DNA from: a bacterium | GTDB taxonomy: Bacteria; Verrucomicrobiota; Verrucomicrobiia; Limisphaerales; JAJXZI01 | Direction of reading: 5' to 3' | Length of the DNA: 63,817 nt | Assembly: GCA_021780115.1 (NCBI GenBank) | Contig: JAJXZI010000174.1 | Span: 1 to 63,817 of the forward strand | In this document: piece after piece, positions 61,952-63,817 of the stretch | Position numbering within the stretch: the stretch's first letter is position 1 | Layout: the number at the start of each line of letters is the position of its first letter | Notes under the pieces: model-generated | Seen by the model: the letters and a program-made list of their open reading frames with translations, nothing else | The model's database searches: none | Told to the model about the DNA's origin: nothing | Position numbers and translations under genes: made by a program

Positions 61952-62025
61952 AATTCCAAAGGGCCGGAGTCGTCCCCCCGCCGGTTTGGGCGAAAACGTT
62001 TTTTCGGTGCGGGGCCCGCGCCGCG

Positions 62026-63817
62026 TCACTCGCGCGGCGCGAGTTTTTGCAGCGCCGGTTTTTCGCGCAGGCGCAACATCAGATAATACACGGTCGGCGT
62101 GGCCACGAGCGACAATAGCACCGAAATGCACAGCGCGCCGATGACGGCGATGGCCAGGGGCCGGAGCATGTCCGCGCCGCTGCCGATGCCCCAGGCCAGC
62201 GGCAGCATCCCCAGCGCCGCGGCCAGCGAGGTCATCAGCACCGGCCGCAATCGGCGGTGGCCGGAGCGCACCAGCGCATCCTCCAGGCTCGCCCCTTCGG
62301 CGCGCAGGTGCTCCACGAAGTCGAGCATCAGGATGCCGTTCTTGGCCACGATGCCGACGCCGATGATCGCGCCGAGGAAGGAGACGATGTTGAGCGTGGT
62401 GCCGGTGCGCCACAACGCCGCCACGGTGCCGAACAGCGCCAGCACCGCGCCGAAGACAATCGCCACCGGCTCGTAGAAGGAATGGAATTCAATCACCAGC
62501 ACGGTGAAGACCAGGAACACCGCCAGGAGCAGCACCAGGAGCAGGTTGTGGAACGACTCCTGTTGCTGCTGGTAGAGGCCGCCGTATTCGACCGCGCCGG
62601 GCGGGAGCCATTTGGCCTGGCCGAGTTTCGCCTGGATGTCGGCCATCGCGCCGCCGAGGTCGCGGCCTTCGAGCCGCGCGGTGATGGCGATGTCCTGCCG
62701 CAGGTCTTCACGGTCCAGTTCGACCTGGCTGGGTTCCTCGACGATGTCGGCCACCTGGTTGAGCCGCACGACCGCGCCGCCCGGCGCGCGGACGGGCAGG
62801 TCGCCCAGCGCGGCGATGCGGCCGACGCTCGCCCGGTCGGCCAGCACGCGGATGTTGACGAGGCGGTCGCCTTCGAGGACGTGCGAGGACACCTGGCCGA
62901 GCAGGGCGGTGTTGGCGGCGGCGGCCAGGTCCGTCGCCGTGAGGCCGAAGCGTTCGGCGTCGGCGAGGCGCACGCGCAGGTTGATCGAGGGACCGGTTTC
63001 CACCAGGCCGCTGAAGGTGTCCACCACGCCGGGGACGGACTTGATTTCCGCCTCGACGCGCGGCGCCGTCTTCCGCAGCCACTCCAGGTCGGGCGAGAAG
63101 AGCTTGATCTGGATCGGTTCGGGCGTCAGCGCCAGGTCACCGACCAGGTCGGTGAGGATGCCGGGGAATTCCCAGCGCACGGCGGGAATCTGTTCGTTGA
63201 GTTGGTGGCGCAATTCGGCGATGACCTCGTCCGTCGCGTGCTGACGGTCCGGCTTGAGCTTCACCAGGAAGTCGCCGCGGTAGGGCTCGGTGATGAACAG
63301 GCCGAGCTGGGTGCCGAGCCGGCGCGAGTAACTCTCCACGTCCGGGTTGGCCCGCAGCATCTGCTCCGCCTGGTCCAGTTGGCGCGACGTCTCCGTCAGG
63401 CTAGTGCCCGGTGGCGCGTTGAAATCAATGACGAAACCGCCTTCGTCGAACGCGGGCAGGAAGTCCGACTGCAAACGCTGGTAAATGAAGATGCCGAGGA
63501 CCGCGATCGCGCCGCAGGCGAGCATCGTCAGCCAGCGATGCCGCAGCGCGGCGCGCACCGCCGCCTCATAGACGCGAATGACCCGGCGCAGCAGGAACCC
63601 GCCTTCGGCCGCGTCCGGCGCCGGCCCGGCCCCGGCGTGCTTCGGCTCGCACACGAACCAGCCCGCCAGCGACGGCGTCAGCGTGACGGCCAGCACGAGC
63701 GACGTGAGCAGCGACACCACCATCGTCAGCGCCAGCGCGCGGAAGAAGACGCCGGCGATGCCCACCAGAAAGGCCAGCGGCAGGAACACCACCACCGGCG
63801 TCAGCGTCGAGCCGACC
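62026..63817 (-). CDS. Second RND efflux permease, C-terminal part (runs off window)
   Basis: FLPAFDEGGF, PPGTSL, GIVAKNGILM, RRLRPVLMTSLAA.LGMLPLA. Confidence 0.93.
   Translation of the reverse strand, partial: VGSTLTPVVVFLPLAFLVGIAGVFFRALALTMVVSLLTSLVLAVTLTPSLAGWFVCEPKHAGAGPAPDAAEGGFLLRRVIRVYEAAVRAALRHRWLTMLACGAIAVLGIFIYQRLQSDFLPAFDEGGFVIDFNAPPGTSLTETSRQLDQAEQMLRANPDVESYSRRLGTQLGLFITEPYRGDFLVKLKPDRQHATDEVIAELRHQLNEQIPAVRWEFPGILTDLVGDLALTPEPIQIKLFSPDLEWLRKTAPRVEAEIKSVPGVVDTFSGLVETGPSINLRVRLADAERFGLTATDLAAAANTALLGQVSSHVLEGDRLVNIRVLADRASVGRIAALGDLPVRAPGGAVVRLNQVADIVEEPSQVELDREDLRQDIAITARLEGRDLGGAMADIQAKLGQAKWLPPGAVEYGGLYQQQQESFHNLLLVLLLAVFLVFTVLVIEFHSFYEPVAIVFGAVLALFGTVAALWRTGTTLNIVSFLGAIIGVGIVAKNGILMLDFVEHLRAEGASLEDALVRSGHRRLRPVLMTSLAAALGMLPLAWGIGSGADMLRPLAIAVIGALCISVLLSLVATPTVYYLMLRLREKPALQKLAPRE

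Overview
GC-rich bacterial chromosomal window. The gene content (delta-60 repeat protein, large secreted repeat proteins ending in an F-[YF]-R-[VL] C-terminal domain, DUF1080 fusion, Tat-exported Gfo/Idh/MocA) suggests Verrucomicrobiota (inference). Core genes are an oppC-type permease, amrS, gap, a class III aminotransferase, a sulfate assimilation operon (cysI-cysH-cysD-cysNC), cysE, lpxK-lpxL-waaF, a glycan-utilisation cluster, an HtrA-like protease pair, a Cys/Met PLP lyase, an ATP-cone/uridine-kinase-like protein, LD-carboxypeptidase, pyrG, an atypical Ser/Thr kinase and a heavy-metal-type RND efflux operon. Accessory DNA includes an AvaI/BsoBI-like restriction-modification pair, a second putative nuclease plus Zn-ribbon methyltransferase pair, decayed IS3 and ISKra4-like remnants, a prophage-like remnant with att-arm-like repeats, and truncated P-type ATPase, ZIP and thioesterase genes. 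The most striking unexplained structure is a four-helix-bundle gene bracketed by mutually inverted 7-bp tandem-repeat arrays that fill the space from the MFP stop codon to the RND start codon. Related heptamer arrays and a palindromic REP-like element also occur elsewhere, some in frame inside genes. No CRISPR array, rRNA or intact tRNA was seen. All family assignments are by motif recognition, not by database search.
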